Assembly: GCA_964384945.1 (NCBI GenBank)
Contig: CAYLMK010000005.1
Span: 99,549-163,548 of the forward strand
Reading direction: 5' to 3'
Origin: an uncultured Thermodesulfobacteriota bacterium
GTDB lineage: Bacteria; Desulfobacterota; DSWW01
DNA length: 64,000 nucleotides
Part shown: in pieces, positions 17,533 to 29,877 of the stretch
Layout of the letters: each line of letters begins with the position of its first letter
Numbering within the stretch: the stretch's first letter is position 1
Notes under the pieces: generated by a model
Seen by the model: only the letters and a program-made list of their open reading frames with translations
Database searches by the model: none
Told to the model about the DNA's origin: nothing
Translations under genes and position numbers: made by a program

Positions 17533-18903
17533 TCATCGGCCGGCCACCCCGTATTTGTCCATCTTGTAACGGAGGTTCCGCTCGCTGATTCCCAGTAGCT
17601 CGGCGGCCCGGGTGCGAATGCCGCCTGTCTGTTCGAGGGCCCGGATGATCACGTTCTTCTCCAGGACCTCCACCATTTCCGCGAGCGTCGCCTTCCCCAG
17701 CTCGATTTCAGGGCCGGCCCCCGGGGCGCTGCAGTGCCGGATCGAGGGAGGCAGATCCTCCCGTTCCACCCGCGTGCCCCGACTCAGGACCACGGCCCTC
17801 TCGAGGGCGTTTTCCAGTTCCCGTACGTTTCCGGGGAAGGAATACCTCATCATGGAGTCGAGGGCTTCCGGCGACACGCCTTCGATCCGCTTCCTGTTCC
17901 TGTCCGCGTGCTTTGCGACGAAGTGTTCGACGAGCAGAGGGATGTCGCTGCGCCGCTCCCGGAGAGGCGGTATCGCGATGGAGACCACATTGAGCCGAAA
18001 ATAGAGATCCTGCCGAAACCTTCCCTGTTCGAGCATGCCCTCCAGGTCCTGATGGGTAGCCGCAATGATCCTCACATCCACGTGCACGGTCTCGTTGCCT
18101 CCCACGCGCTGGAAGGCCTGTTCCTGGATCACGTTGAGCAGCTTGACCTGCACGGGCAAGGGAAGGTCTCCCACCTCGTCGATGAAGAGGGTTCCGCCAT
18201 CCGCCTGCTCGAACCTCCCAATCCGCATGCGGTCCGCCCCGGTGAAGGCTCCCCTCTCGTGGCCGAACAACTCGCTCTCGAGCACCCCGGGGGACAGGGC
18301 CGCGCAGTTGGTCTCGACGAAAGGCCCTTCCCTCCGGTCGCTCGTCAGGTGGATCGCGTTCGCCAGCAGCCCCTTGCCGGTGCCGCTCTCGCCCCGAATC
18401 AGGACGGTCGCTCGGCTTTTGGCCACGCGGGCGGCCAGGTTCAGCGCCTCCTGCATCGTGCCGCTTTCGCCGATGATCTGGTCGAACCTGTAGCGCTCCG
18501 CCAGACGCTCCCTGAGTTCCAGGTTCTCACGGACCACTGCCTGGTGGGAGAGTGCCCTCTGCAGCAGCGCCTCGAGCTGCGCGAGGTCGATCGGCTTGAC
18601 GAGAAAATCCTCCGCACCCTCCTTCATCGCCTCTACGGCGGTCTCCACGGTCCCGTATGCAGACACGAGGATCACCCCGACGACCGGGTTGATCTCCTTG
18701 ACCGCCTTCAAGACCTGGACGCCGTCCGTATCCTTCATGCGGTAGTCCGTGACCACCACGTCGCAGATCCTCTCGCGGAAGATCTCCACGGCCCGGGCCC
18801 CGTCCGGGGCCGTCACCACGTGGTGGCCCTTCTTTCGGAGGAACCCGGCGATCATTTCCCGCTGGTTTTCTTCGTCGTCTACGACAAGAACCCTTCCCTT
18901 CAT
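17533..18903 (-). CDS. sigma-54-dependent two-component response regulator (NtrC family)
   Basis: Receiver domain ('VLVVDDE...', the phospho-Asp in 'VVTDYRMK'). AAA+ sigma-54 activation domain (Walker A 'GESGTGKG', the 'GAFTGA' loop, 'FRLNV...'). C-terminal Fis-type HTH ('RTRAAELLGISERNLRYKM'). Confidence 0.95.
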   Translation of the reverse strand: MKGRVLVVDDEENQREMIAGFLRKKGHHVVTAPDGARAVEIFRERICDVVVTDYRMKDTDGVQVLKAVKEINPVVGVILVSAYGTVETAVEAMKEGAEDFLVKPIDLAQLEALLQRALSHQAVVRENLELRERLAERYRFDQIIGESGTMQEALNLAARVAKSRATVLIRGESGTGKGLLANAIHLTSDRREGPFVETNCAALSPGVLESELFGHERGAFTGADRMRIGRFEQADGGTLFIDEVGDLPLPVQVKLLNVIQEQAFQRVGGNETVHVDVRIIAATHQDLEGMLEQGRFRQDLYFRLNVVSIAIPPLRERRSDIPLLVEHFVAKHADRNRKRIEGVSPEALDSMMRYSFPGNVRELENALERAVVLSRGTRVEREDLPPSIRHCSAPGAGPEIELGKATLAEMVEVLEKNVIIRALEQTGGIRTRAAELLGISERNLRYKMDKYGVAGR

Positions 18904-20990
18904 GCGTCCGGCCCTCCCTGGGGAATGCGCACCGTTGCCCGGGTGCCTTCCCCCTTGCGGCTCTCGATGCCCAGGAATCCTCCGTGCCGCTCGACAATCT
19001 TCTGGCTGATCGCGAGGCCCAGGCCCGTCCCTTTTTCCTTGGTCGTGAAATGCAGATCAAAGGCCTGCTCGAGCTCGGCCGGGGTCATTCCGCATCCCTG
19101 GTCTTCCACGAGGATGCATACCCATCCGTCCTGCCGCAACGCGGAGATCTTCACCTCACCCCCGCCCCCCATGGACTCGATCGCGTTCGAGACGAGGTTC
19201 AGGAGCACCTGCCTCATCTGTTTCACATCCATCACGGCCGTCAAGCCGTCAGGCGCTTCCGAGGAGAGTAAAATCCCCTTTCCGGCGGCCGGACCCGCCT
19301 GCTGGGTCATCACGGATTCGATGAGCGCGCCCACATCCTCCTCCCTCAAGGCGATCTTGGGCTCGCTTGCGAATCGAAGAAACTGGGTGATGATCCCGTC
19401 CAGGCGGGCGATCTCCGAACCGATGACGTCCAGGAAGCGGAGGTATTCCTCCCTGCCCGCTTGCGGCTCGAATTCCGCGCGGAGACGCTGCGCGGTCATT
19501 CCAATAGCGTTCAACGGGTTGCGCACCTCGTGGGCGACCGCTGCGGCGAGCCGGCCCAGGGCCGTGATCTTCTCCGCCCTCTGAATCTGCTCCCTCAGAC
19601 GCCGCTCCTCCGTCACGTCCCGCAGGATGACCACCGCGTACGGATCCTCCTCCCCGGGCACCGTCACCTTGGAGGCCGACAGGGTCAGGAAGCGCAGCCT
19701 TCCATCCATGCCCCGGATCTCGAGACCCTGCGCCGCGGGCGCGCCCCCTCGAAGGGTCTCCCGGACCAGGGGGTCGATCCCCTCCGGCACCAGTTCGATC
19801 CGCTCCCCGAACATGCTTTTCGATACATCGTTTGCCAGGGCCACCCTGCCGTCCTCGGCAACGACGAGCACGCCGTCCGCCATCCCGGAGAGCACGCTCC
19901 CGGAGAAGGTGGCCACCTCATCACGCGCCCGGACCGCGAGATTCATGTTCTGATAAATCACCACCGCATTCAGGGCGATCACCCCGAGCAGGGAAAGGAC
20001 AGCGATTGTGATCAGCATGCGCTGCAGGGACTTCCTCTCCAGGGCGCGGATCTCGTGCAGGTCAAAGGCGAGTCGAAGGAGCCCCAGCTTCTCTCCGTCG
20101 GGCGCGACCGTCCTGACCACCTCGAAAACGTCTTGCCCCTCGAAAGGCACCATCCGGGTGGCCTCTCCCCCCTCTTTCCACAGGGAGGCGAGAAAAGGAT
20201 CGTCGAGGATCCGTCTGGCCCCTGAGATGTTGGGCGTGGCGGTCAGAATCCCCCCTTCGTCCTGGATCATCACGTAGCTGACCCCGTGAACCCTGCCCAC
20301 GTCCCGGACCCAGCGGCCCAGGCCGAGCGTCTTGCGAAGTTCGAGGAGGACCGAGGCGTCCACGCTGCACAGGACGATCCCGCCTTCGCTCCTTCTGGCC
20401 GCGGCAGCGAAGCGGGCCTTTCCGTCCGTGGAGCGGTAGTGCAGGCCCGGGACCGATTCGCGTTCCTCTCCGGAGAAGAGGCCCGGAAAGAGTTCACGGT
20501 AGTCCGGTGGGGCCCGGTCCGGAAAGGACTCGTCGGGCCGGCTCGAGGCCTGTACACGGCCGTCCGCCCCCACGAGGTGGATGGCCTCGATGTCGTTCTC
20601 CAGGGCGACCCCGGCGAGGATTTCGGCGCCCGGTCTGCCTCCCTGTTCCATTCTCGCCACGGTCCTGGCCACGGTGAGAAGCCTGGTTTCAAGGTTCCAC
20701 TCGGCCTCATCCATGGCGCGCAGGGCGAAAACGGCCCCCTGCTCAAGCTGGCCGGCCGCGATCTTTCCCTTCTCCGCGATCAGATGGAGCATCGTCCGGC
20801 GGGCGTTGCGCACCTCGAACAGGGCGACCGCCACCATGAAGACAGCGAGGATCCCGCCGATCACGGCCAGATAGCCGGGCCGGATATACCAGAGATGCCT
20901 GCTCACCCGGCCCCCATCCGTGCAAGGCAAGACGGATCGTTTTCGATTCCCATGTTCTTGATTTCTACACGACCCGGGGGCGAAGGACAA
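18900..20990 (-). CDS. Sensor histidine kinase with periplasmic sensing domain, PAS, HisKA and HATPase domains
   Basis: Two transmembrane helices flank a periplasmic domain of ~300 aa, followed by PAS, then the H-box 'AHEVRNPLNAI', the N-box 'LLNLVSNAIE', and G-boxes 'DQGCGM' and 'GTGLGLAI'. The 4-nt overlap (ATGA) with the downstream regulator indicates an operon. The true start is probably an internal GTG/ATG near 'VSRHLWYIRPGYLAVIGG'. Confidence 0.9.
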   Translation of the reverse strand: MSFAPGSCRNQEHGNRKRSVLPCTDGGRVSRHLWYIRPGYLAVIGGILAVFMVAVALFEVRNARRTMLHLIAEKGKIAAGQLEQGAVFALRAMDEAEWNLETRLLTVARTVARMEQGGRPGAEILAGVALENDIEAIHLVGADGRVQASSRPDESFPDRAPPDYRELFPGLFSGEERESVPGLHYRSTDGKARFAAAARRSEGGIVLCSVDASVLLELRKTLGLGRWVRDVGRVHGVSYVMIQDEGGILTATPNISGARRILDDPFLASLWKEGGEATRMVPFEGQDVFEVVRTVAPDGEKLGLLRLAFDLHEIRALERKSLQRMLITIAVLSLLGVIALNAVVIYQNMNLAVRARDEVATFSGSVLSGMADGVLVVAEDGRVALANDVSKSMFGERIELVPEGIDPLVRETLRGGAPAAQGLEIRGMDGRLRFLTLSASKVTVPGEEDPYAVVILRDVTEERRLREQIQRAEKITALGRLAAAVAHEVRNPLNAIGMTAQRLRAEFEPQAGREEYLRFLDVIGSEIARLDGIITQFLRFASEPKIALREEDVGALIESVMTQQAGPAAGKGILLSSEAPDGLTAVMDVKQMRQVLLNLVSNAIESMGGGGEVKISALRQDGWVCILVEDQGCGMTPAELEQAFDLHFTTKEKGTGLGLAISQKIVERHGGFLGIESRKGEGTRATVRIPQGGPDA

Positions 20991-21056
20991 GACAGCGAAC
21001 GGGGGCGAACACGCGAGCCCCGCAGCAGCATCTCCGAGCCCCGCCTCGACCCCCGA

Positions 21057-21083
21057 AAGAGAAGAGGCGGGTCGAACATGAAC
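21057..21083 (-). terminator. Putative intrinsic terminator hairpin
   Basis: Inverted repeat GAGGCGGGT-N9-ACCCGCCTC (9-bp GC stem), followed on the minus strand by a U-rich run (UUCUCUUUC). It lies just 3' of the orphan ORF at 21127-21411. Confidence 0.3.
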
Positions 21084-21126
21084 CCGCCTCCCATTCGAAC
21101 GGAAGACCTTGCAGTATTCAAGGATG

Positions 21127-21411
21127 CTACCGGCGCTGAGGGATCACATCGATGACCAAGATATCCTCTTCACCCACAAAACCCAACGGCTCTTCCTCAG
21201 TATCGGTGATCAAAAGCCCCTCGAGTACAAGCGTGTTGTAGTCCCCGACGACCAGGCTGTCCAGGGCCTTGACCTCCTCAATCGAAAACTTCGCAACGAA
21301 GTTTCCGCGATCGTCCGCCTTATAGCTCTTTATCGGGATCCCGTTGAGGGAGACCGAGCCGGTTTTGTTTGGATGAACGGAGTCTACGCTGGTGGAAGAA
21401 TCGGACCGTGC
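21127..21411 (-). pseudogene. Orphan ~95-codon ORF lacking any start codon (gene remnant?)
   Basis: The minus-strand frame reads '...SVDSVHPNKTGSVSLNGIPIKSYKADDRGNFVAKFSIEEVKALDSLVVGDYNTLVLEGLLITDTEEEPLGFVGEEDILVIDVIPQRR*'. It looks protein-like, with no Pro/Arg/Gly bias, but has no ATG/GTG/TTG upstream in frame. Local GC is clearly below the window average. It is not in the ORF track. Confidence 0.3.
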
Positions 21412-21951
21412 GGATCACCTCCTCTCGCAAGGGTTTCGAATGCCTGTCGAGCCGCCGCGGATCTCCGCCTCCGATCGACCCCGACGGCGGTCCGACCGTC
21501 CGTCGGAGCTGCTCGAAAAGCAAGTGTCGTGCCGGGGAGCGCTTCGTCTCCGCAAGGCTCCGGTTTTCCGATTGTATGCAAGGGTTGGACAGGACGCGGA
21601 AGGCGACCGGGGCGCTTGTCGCCGTCCCGAATCGGCAGGGCTGCCGATTCCCCCGGACGATTCTTGCCGGGTGCCGCACCCTTTTCCCTTGATTCGATCA
21701 TCCAAACGTGCGATCGTGCCTGACGACCCGCGAACCGCCGCGGCTCAAGCTGCGGGAAAATGAGGGGGCTTTGCTCGCCGCGACGACCGTCGGATCAAGC
21801 CGCGTCGGATGGCACGGCGTGAATCGCCCGTGCGATCGTGGAATTCGCCTATTGCACATCGAGTTCGTAAAGCGAACCGACTCAGAACCGCGAGGAACCG
21901 GCCATGTTTTGGACATTTAGAAAGGCCTCCTATCGGGCTTACCAGGCGGGC

Positions 21952-23115
21952 ATGAAGGGTGTCGTCACGATCCTTCCCTTTCCCGTTCCAGAGGTTTTCG
22001 CCGGCGCAGGATCCCTGGCAAGGCTGCCGGAGCGGATACGGTCCGATGGCGTCGGCCCGGTTTTCGTGGTTACGGACAAGGGGCTCGTGGCCGCGGGCCT
22101 CGCGCAACGCTTGCTCAAGGCGCTCGAAGAATACCAGATCCCCTTCACCCTCTATGACGAGGTGCAGCCGAACCCGACCATTCAAAACGTCGAAGACGGC
22201 CTGAGGCTCTATCTTGCAAGAGACTGCAGGGGCATCGTGGCATTCGGGGGCGGCTCTCCCATGGATTGCGCCAAGCTGGTCGGGGCCCGGGCCGCAAACC
22301 CGAGGCGTTCCGTCCGCGCGATGAAGGGAATGTTCAAGGTCTGGAGGAAGCTGCCGCCCCTGTTCGCGGTGCCCACAACGGCCGGGACGGGATCCGAGAC
22401 CACGGTCGCGGCGGTCGTGAACGACACGGAAACGCACGAGAAGTTCGCCGTCGTGGATCTCCATCTGGTCCCGGACGTCGCCGTGCTCGACCCGGAGCTG
22501 ATGCTGGGGCTGCCTCCTGCCATCACGGCGGCCACGGGCATGGACGCACTCACCCATGCCGTGGAGGCCTACATCGGATGGCACGGAACGAAGTTCACGG
22601 ACGAGAATGCGGAGAAGGCCGTCCGGATCGTCTTCCAGGACCTGGAGGCGGTCTACCGGGACGGCTCGGATCTGGAGAGGCGAAACAACATGGCCCTGGC
22701 CTCGTTCTGCGGGGGGTCCGCCTTCACCCGGGCCTCGGTGGGCTACGTGCACGCCATCGCCCACAACATGGGCGGGCTCTACGGCGTGCCTCACGGCCTG
22801 GCCAACGCGATCATCCTGCCTCACGTGCTCCGCTTCTGCCGCAAGGAGGCGGAGCGGAAGCTGGCCCGCCTGGCGCGCGTCGGCGGGATCGGGCGGCAGG
22901 GCGATTCGGATGAGGCACTGTCCTATCGATTCATCGAGAAGATCGAGGCCATGAACCGCAACATGAGCATCCCGACCACCCTCCGGGAGCTTCAGGAAAA
23001 GGACATTCCCCTCATCGCGGAGCGGGCCCTGAAGGAGGCGAACCCCGCCTACCCCGTACCGCGCATCATGAGCCGGCAGGAATGCGAAGCGCTGGTGCGA
23101 GGGCTTCTGCCGTAA
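21952..23115 (+). CDS. Iron-containing (group III) alcohol dehydrogenase, paralog
   Basis: 'GGGSPMDCAKLVG', 'TTAGTGSETT', 'HAVEAYIG' and 'HAIAHNMGGLYGVPHGLANAI'. The ORF could start at 21904; the ATG at 21952 ('MKGVVTILPFPVPEVF') gives a canonical N-terminus. Confidence 0.9.
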   Translation: MKGVVTILPFPVPEVFAGAGSLARLPERIRSDGVGPVFVVTDKGLVAAGLAQRLLKALEEYQIPFTLYDEVQPNPTIQNVEDGLRLYLARDCRGIVAFGGGSPMDCAKLVGARAANPRRSVRAMKGMFKVWRKLPPLFAVPTTAGTGSETTVAAVVNDTETHEKFAVVDLHLVPDVAVLDPELMLGLPPAITAATGMDALTHAVEAYIGWHGTKFTDENAEKAVRIVFQDLEAVYRDGSDLERRNNMALASFCGGSAFTRASVGYVHAIAHNMGGLYGVPHGLANAIILPHVLRFCRKEAERKLARLARVGGIGRQGDSDEALSYRFIEKIEAMNRNMSIPTTLRELQEKDIPLIAERALKEANPAYPVPRIMSRQECEALVRGLLP

Positions 23116-23244
23116 CGGTGCACGTCAGAAGTCCCCTCACACTGCACGCAGGACGCGGGGCGTTTCCCGGATTCCGGGCCTTTTCCCCTGCCCCGGGCTC
23201 CGGCGGAAGATGCATCCGACCGGATATTGGAAGCGGAGGCCGTC

Positions 23245-24633
23245 TCAGGACTCCTTGAGGGCCCGCACGATCTCCTGGGCCATCTTCTTGCCGTCCCCGA
23301 AGAGCATGAGGGCGTTGTCCGCGGCAAACAGTGGGTTCGGGATCCCGGCGAATCCGGGGCTCAGGCTTCGCTTGACCACAACGACGGTCCGGGCCTGATC
23401 CGCGTTGATGATCGGCATGCCCGCGATCGGGCTCGCCGGGTCGGTCCTGGCGAGCGGATTGACAACGTCGTTGGCTCCCAGGATGACGGCGACATCGGCC
23501 TGCTGCATCGTCGGGTTGATCTCATCCATCTCCTTGAGCCGGTCGTAGGCGATGTCCGCCTCTGCCAGCAGCACGTTCATATGCCCGGGCATGCGCCCGG
23601 CCACCGGATGGATGGCGAATTCGACCGTGATCCCCTTCGACTCGAGAAGGTTTGCGAGGTCCCGGACGGCATGCTGGGCCTGGGCCACGGCCATTCCGTA
23701 ACCCGGAACGATCACGACCCTCCGGGCGCCGTCCAGCAGCATGGCCACCTCCTCCGGCGAAGTGGCCTTCACCTTGCCGCCATAGATGTCTTCCGACTTG
23801 CCGGCCTTCTGGACCTCGCCGAAGCCTCCGAAGAGCACGTTCGGGAGCGAGCGGTTCATGGCCCTGCACATGATGTTGGTCAAAATGATCCCGGATGCGC
23901 CGACCAGGGAGCCGGCAATGATCAGGACGTTGTTGGAAAGGACGAAACCGGTGGAGGCCGCCGCCAGCCCGGAGTAGGAGTTGAGCAGGGCGATCACCAC
24001 AGGCATGTCCGCGCCGCCGATCGCAATGACGAGAAGCACCCCCAGCAGCGAGGAGAGCCCGGCCATGATCCAGTAGAGGTGCACGCCGGCAGGGCGCGCC
24101 ACGATGAGCGCCCCGAGAACCAGAGAGGCGATGAGCAAGACAACCTTGACGATCTGCTCTCCCTTGTACCGGAAGGGCTCGCCCGGCAGGATCTCCTGCA
24201 GCTTTCCGAAGGCGACCAGGCTGCCCCAGAACGTCACCGCCCCAACGATACCGGAAATGACCGTGGCAACCGTCGTTTGAGCGGGCTGCGAGGCCGCGAA
24301 GAGCGTGGCCTCCGTGAGGGCAGCCCCTGCCACCAAGGTGGAGGCGACGCCGCCGAGCCCGTTGAACAGGGCCACGAGCTGCGGCATGGCGGTCATCCGG
24401 ACCCTGACGGCCAGAACCGCGCCCAGGGCCGCGCCGACCACGAAGCCGGCCAGGATGACCCCATAGCCCACGATGCTGCGGTCGAGAAGGGTCACCGCCA
24501 CGGCGACGAGCATCCCGACCGCGCCCAGCAGGTTGCCCCGCACGGCGGTCCGGGGATGGCCCAGGCCCTTCAGTCCCAGGATGAACAGGGCGGCGGCGGC
24601 GAGGTAGGCGAGATTGACGACGGCCGGCGGCAT
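23245..24633 (-). CDS. pntB: NAD(P) transhydrogenase subunit beta
   Basis: 462 aa. N-terminal multi-TM domain plus the C-terminal NADP(H)-binding dIII domain ('GYGMAVAQAQH', 'HPVAGRMPGHMNVLLAEA', 'ILGANDVVNP'). Confidence 0.95.
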   Translation of the reverse strand: MPPAVVNLAYLAAAALFILGLKGLGHPRTAVRGNLLGAVGMLVAVAVTLLDRSIVGYGVILAGFVVGAALGAVLAVRVRMTAMPQLVALFNGLGGVASTLVAGAALTEATLFAASQPAQTTVATVISGIVGAVTFWGSLVAFGKLQEILPGEPFRYKGEQIVKVVLLIASLVLGALIVARPAGVHLYWIMAGLSSLLGVLLVIAIGGADMPVVIALLNSYSGLAAASTGFVLSNNVLIIAGSLVGASGIILTNIMCRAMNRSLPNVLFGGFGEVQKAGKSEDIYGGKVKATSPEEVAMLLDGARRVVIVPGYGMAVAQAQHAVRDLANLLESKGITVEFAIHPVAGRMPGHMNVLLAEADIAYDRLKEMDEINPTMQQADVAVILGANDVVNPLARTDPASPIAGMPIINADQARTVVVVKRSLSPGFAGIPNPLFAADNALMLFGDGKKMAQEIVRALKES

Positions 24634-24637
24634 GGAG

Positions 24638-24919
24638 TCAGTCCTTTCGCTTGAACATGCCCAGCATCCGGTGGGTGACGAGGAAGCCGCCGACCACGTT
24701 GATCGTCGCAAACAGAACCGCCAGGAAGCCGAGCGTCGTGGTCAGGGTCGTATGCTGGGCGCCCGCGGAGAGGATTGCACCGATCAGGGTGATCCCGGAG
24801 ACCGCGTTCGACCCCGACATCAGCGGTGTGTGAAGGGTCGGGGGCACCTTGGTAATCACCTCGACGCCCACGAACAGGGCCAGCACGAAGACGGTCAGCA
24901 CGCCGGTGAACGCTTCCAT
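24638..24919 (-). CDS. pntAB: NAD(P) transhydrogenase subunit alpha part 2 (membrane domain)
   Basis: 93 aa, 'MEAFTGVLTVFVLALFVGVEVITKVPPTLHTPLMSGSNAVSGI...', which closely matches PntA-II proteins ('LHTPLMSGSN'). Confidence 0.9.
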   Translation of the reverse strand: MEAFTGVLTVFVLALFVGVEVITKVPPTLHTPLMSGSNAVSGITLIGAILSAGAQHTTLTTTLGFLAVLFATINVVGGFLVTHRMLGMFKRKD

Positions 24920-25082
24920 GGTTTGCCCCCGTTGGGTGGATGGAACCCGTACTTGCGGCTGTTCCGGATGCAGACTTCTGGATCCCGGCTCTCCCGCGCT
25001 CCGCACGCGGGCCGGGATGACACAACATGAGACAGCCTCATTCGCAAACATCTGCGTAGACTCGCGCCGCAAACACGCGCAG

Positions 25083-26234
25083 TCAGAGCGAGAGAATCTC
25101 CCGGACACGGGCGTTTGCGACCTCGCCGTCCCGCGTGAACAGGGTCTCCCGCACAATCTCATCCTCCAGGTTCAGATGGATCGAGCCGTCCTTGACGAGC
25201 AGGAGCAGGAGGTTCGATACGTTCTTTCCATACATTTGGCTCGCATGATACGGGATCGTGGCCGGAAGGTTCACCGGGCCGAGCACGGTGACGCCCCCCT
25301 CTACGACGGCTTCCCCCGGCCTGGTGGCTTCGCAGTTCCCTCCCCGCTCGGCCGCAAGGTCCAGGACGACGGAGCCCGGGGGCATGGCCCGGACCATCTC
25401 CCGGGTGACCAGGACGGGCGCCTTCTTCCCGGGAACGGCGGCCGTCGTGATCACCACATCGCTCTCCGAGAGCACCCGGATCATCATCTCCCGTTGTCTT
25501 CTGTAGAAGTCCTCGCCCATCTCCTTGGCGTATCCCCCGCTGCCCTCGGCGCCCGCGGTTTCAAGGTCCATCTCCACAAACTTGGCGCCCAGGCTCTCGA
25601 CCTGTTCCTTGACCGCGGGCCGCACATCGTAGCCGGAGACCACGGCGCCGAGGCGGCGGGCCGTGGCGATGGCCTGGAGGCCGGCGACCCCGGCCCCGAC
25701 GACGAACACCTTGGCCGGCAGGATCGTCCCGGCCGCGGTCATCATCATGGGGAACATCTTGGGAAGGGCCCGGGCGGCCATGAGGACCGCCTGGTAGCCG
25801 GCCACCGTGGCCATCGAGGAAAGGGCGTCCATGCCCTGGGCCCGCGTGATTCGCGGCACCAGTTCCATGGCGAAGGAGGTTACCTTGCGGTCGATCAGCT
25901 CTCGGACCGCATCCGGCGAGGCATAAGGCTCCAGGAAACCGATCAGGACCTGCCCCGGCCGCATGCGCCTCAGGTCGGCGAAGCCTGCATCCGGGTTCGC
26001 GCCGCCTGCCCGGACCTGAAGGATCACGTCCGCCCTGGCAAATACATCCTCGCGTCCGGTCGCGATCTCGGCGCCCCTTTCCCGGTAGGCCGCATCCGGG
26101 AACCCCGCCGCCTCACCGGCGCCCGCCTCGACCAGGACGCGTACGCCCGCCTTGGCAAGCGCCGGGAGGCCGGCCGGTATCTGGGCCACCCTCTTCTCTC
26201 CCGGGAAGGTCTCCTTCGGAACGCCGGCGATCAT
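25083..26234 (-). CDS. pntAA: NAD(P) transhydrogenase subunit alpha part 1 (NAD(H)-binding dI)
   Basis: Alanine-dehydrogenase/PNT-type fold. The Rossmann motif is 'VFVVGAGVAGLQAIATARRLGAVV'. Starts 'MIAGVPKETFPGEKRVA'. Confidence 0.95.
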   Translation of the reverse strand: MIAGVPKETFPGEKRVAQIPAGLPALAKAGVRVLVEAGAGEAAGFPDAAYRERGAEIATGREDVFARADVILQVRAGGANPDAGFADLRRMRPGQVLIGFLEPYASPDAVRELIDRKVTSFAMELVPRITRAQGMDALSSMATVAGYQAVLMAARALPKMFPMMMTAAGTILPAKVFVVGAGVAGLQAIATARRLGAVVSGYDVRPAVKEQVESLGAKFVEMDLETAGAEGSGGYAKEMGEDFYRRQREMMIRVLSESDVVITTAAVPGKKAPVLVTREMVRAMPPGSVVLDLAAERGGNCEATRPGEAVVEGGVTVLGPVNLPATIPYHASQMYGKNVSNLLLLLVKDGSIHLNLEDEIVRETLFTRDGEVANARVREILSL

Positions 26235-26415
26235 GACAGGATCCCCCTCACCGGGACTTCCATAACATTTTCCGCCCTCCAGCACAACCCAAACCTGGTT
26301 GCCCGGGGCCGGAGCGGCACACGGCGACTTGTGGGAGTCGATGCCGCAAGAATCTCAAAGGAATCCCGAATCTTGCAGGGAGGACCCCCTGCGTCGCGGT
26401 CGGCAGGGCGCTTCC

Positions 26416-29616
<3,201 letters not shown>

Positions 29617-29790
29617 GCAGCGATCCCCCTGTCACGTCTCAAGTCCTGCGGTGTCGCCCTGATCGCTCGAGGCCGAAAGGATCCAGGGCAAAGAGTCAAG
29701 GGATGGTTGACGTTCGGAAAACGGATGCCTTGCACACCGATACCCGGCGCGCAGAGCCCTTCGGATTCGTTCTTCCATGCTTCATCCGCC

Positions 29791-29830
29791 CCTTTCGCCT
29801 TTCGCCTCAGCCCTTTCGCCTCCTTTGCCT
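29791..29830. repeat. Short tandem array of CCTTTCGCC-like units in the carB 5' region, followed by a (CT)n tract
   Basis: Reads cctttcgcc-tttcgcc-tcag-ccctttcgcc-tcctttgcc. On the carB-coding (minus) strand this is GGCGAAAGG x3-4. A (CT)6 run follows at ~29849-29862. Coordinates are +/-2 nt. Confidence 0.5.
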
Positions 29831-29877
29831 TCCCATGCCTGGCTCCCCCTCTCTCTCTCTTCTCATGTGTCAAGACG

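Noticed and set aside
21781-21903. Possible sigma-54 promoter upstream of the second Fe-ADH (TGGCACGGCGTGAATCGC, TGGAATTCGCCTATTGCA)
   Set aside because: A GG and a GC are present, but the spacing is 12-13 nt instead of 10 and the -12 element is not TTGC. It is not a credible -24/-12 promoter.
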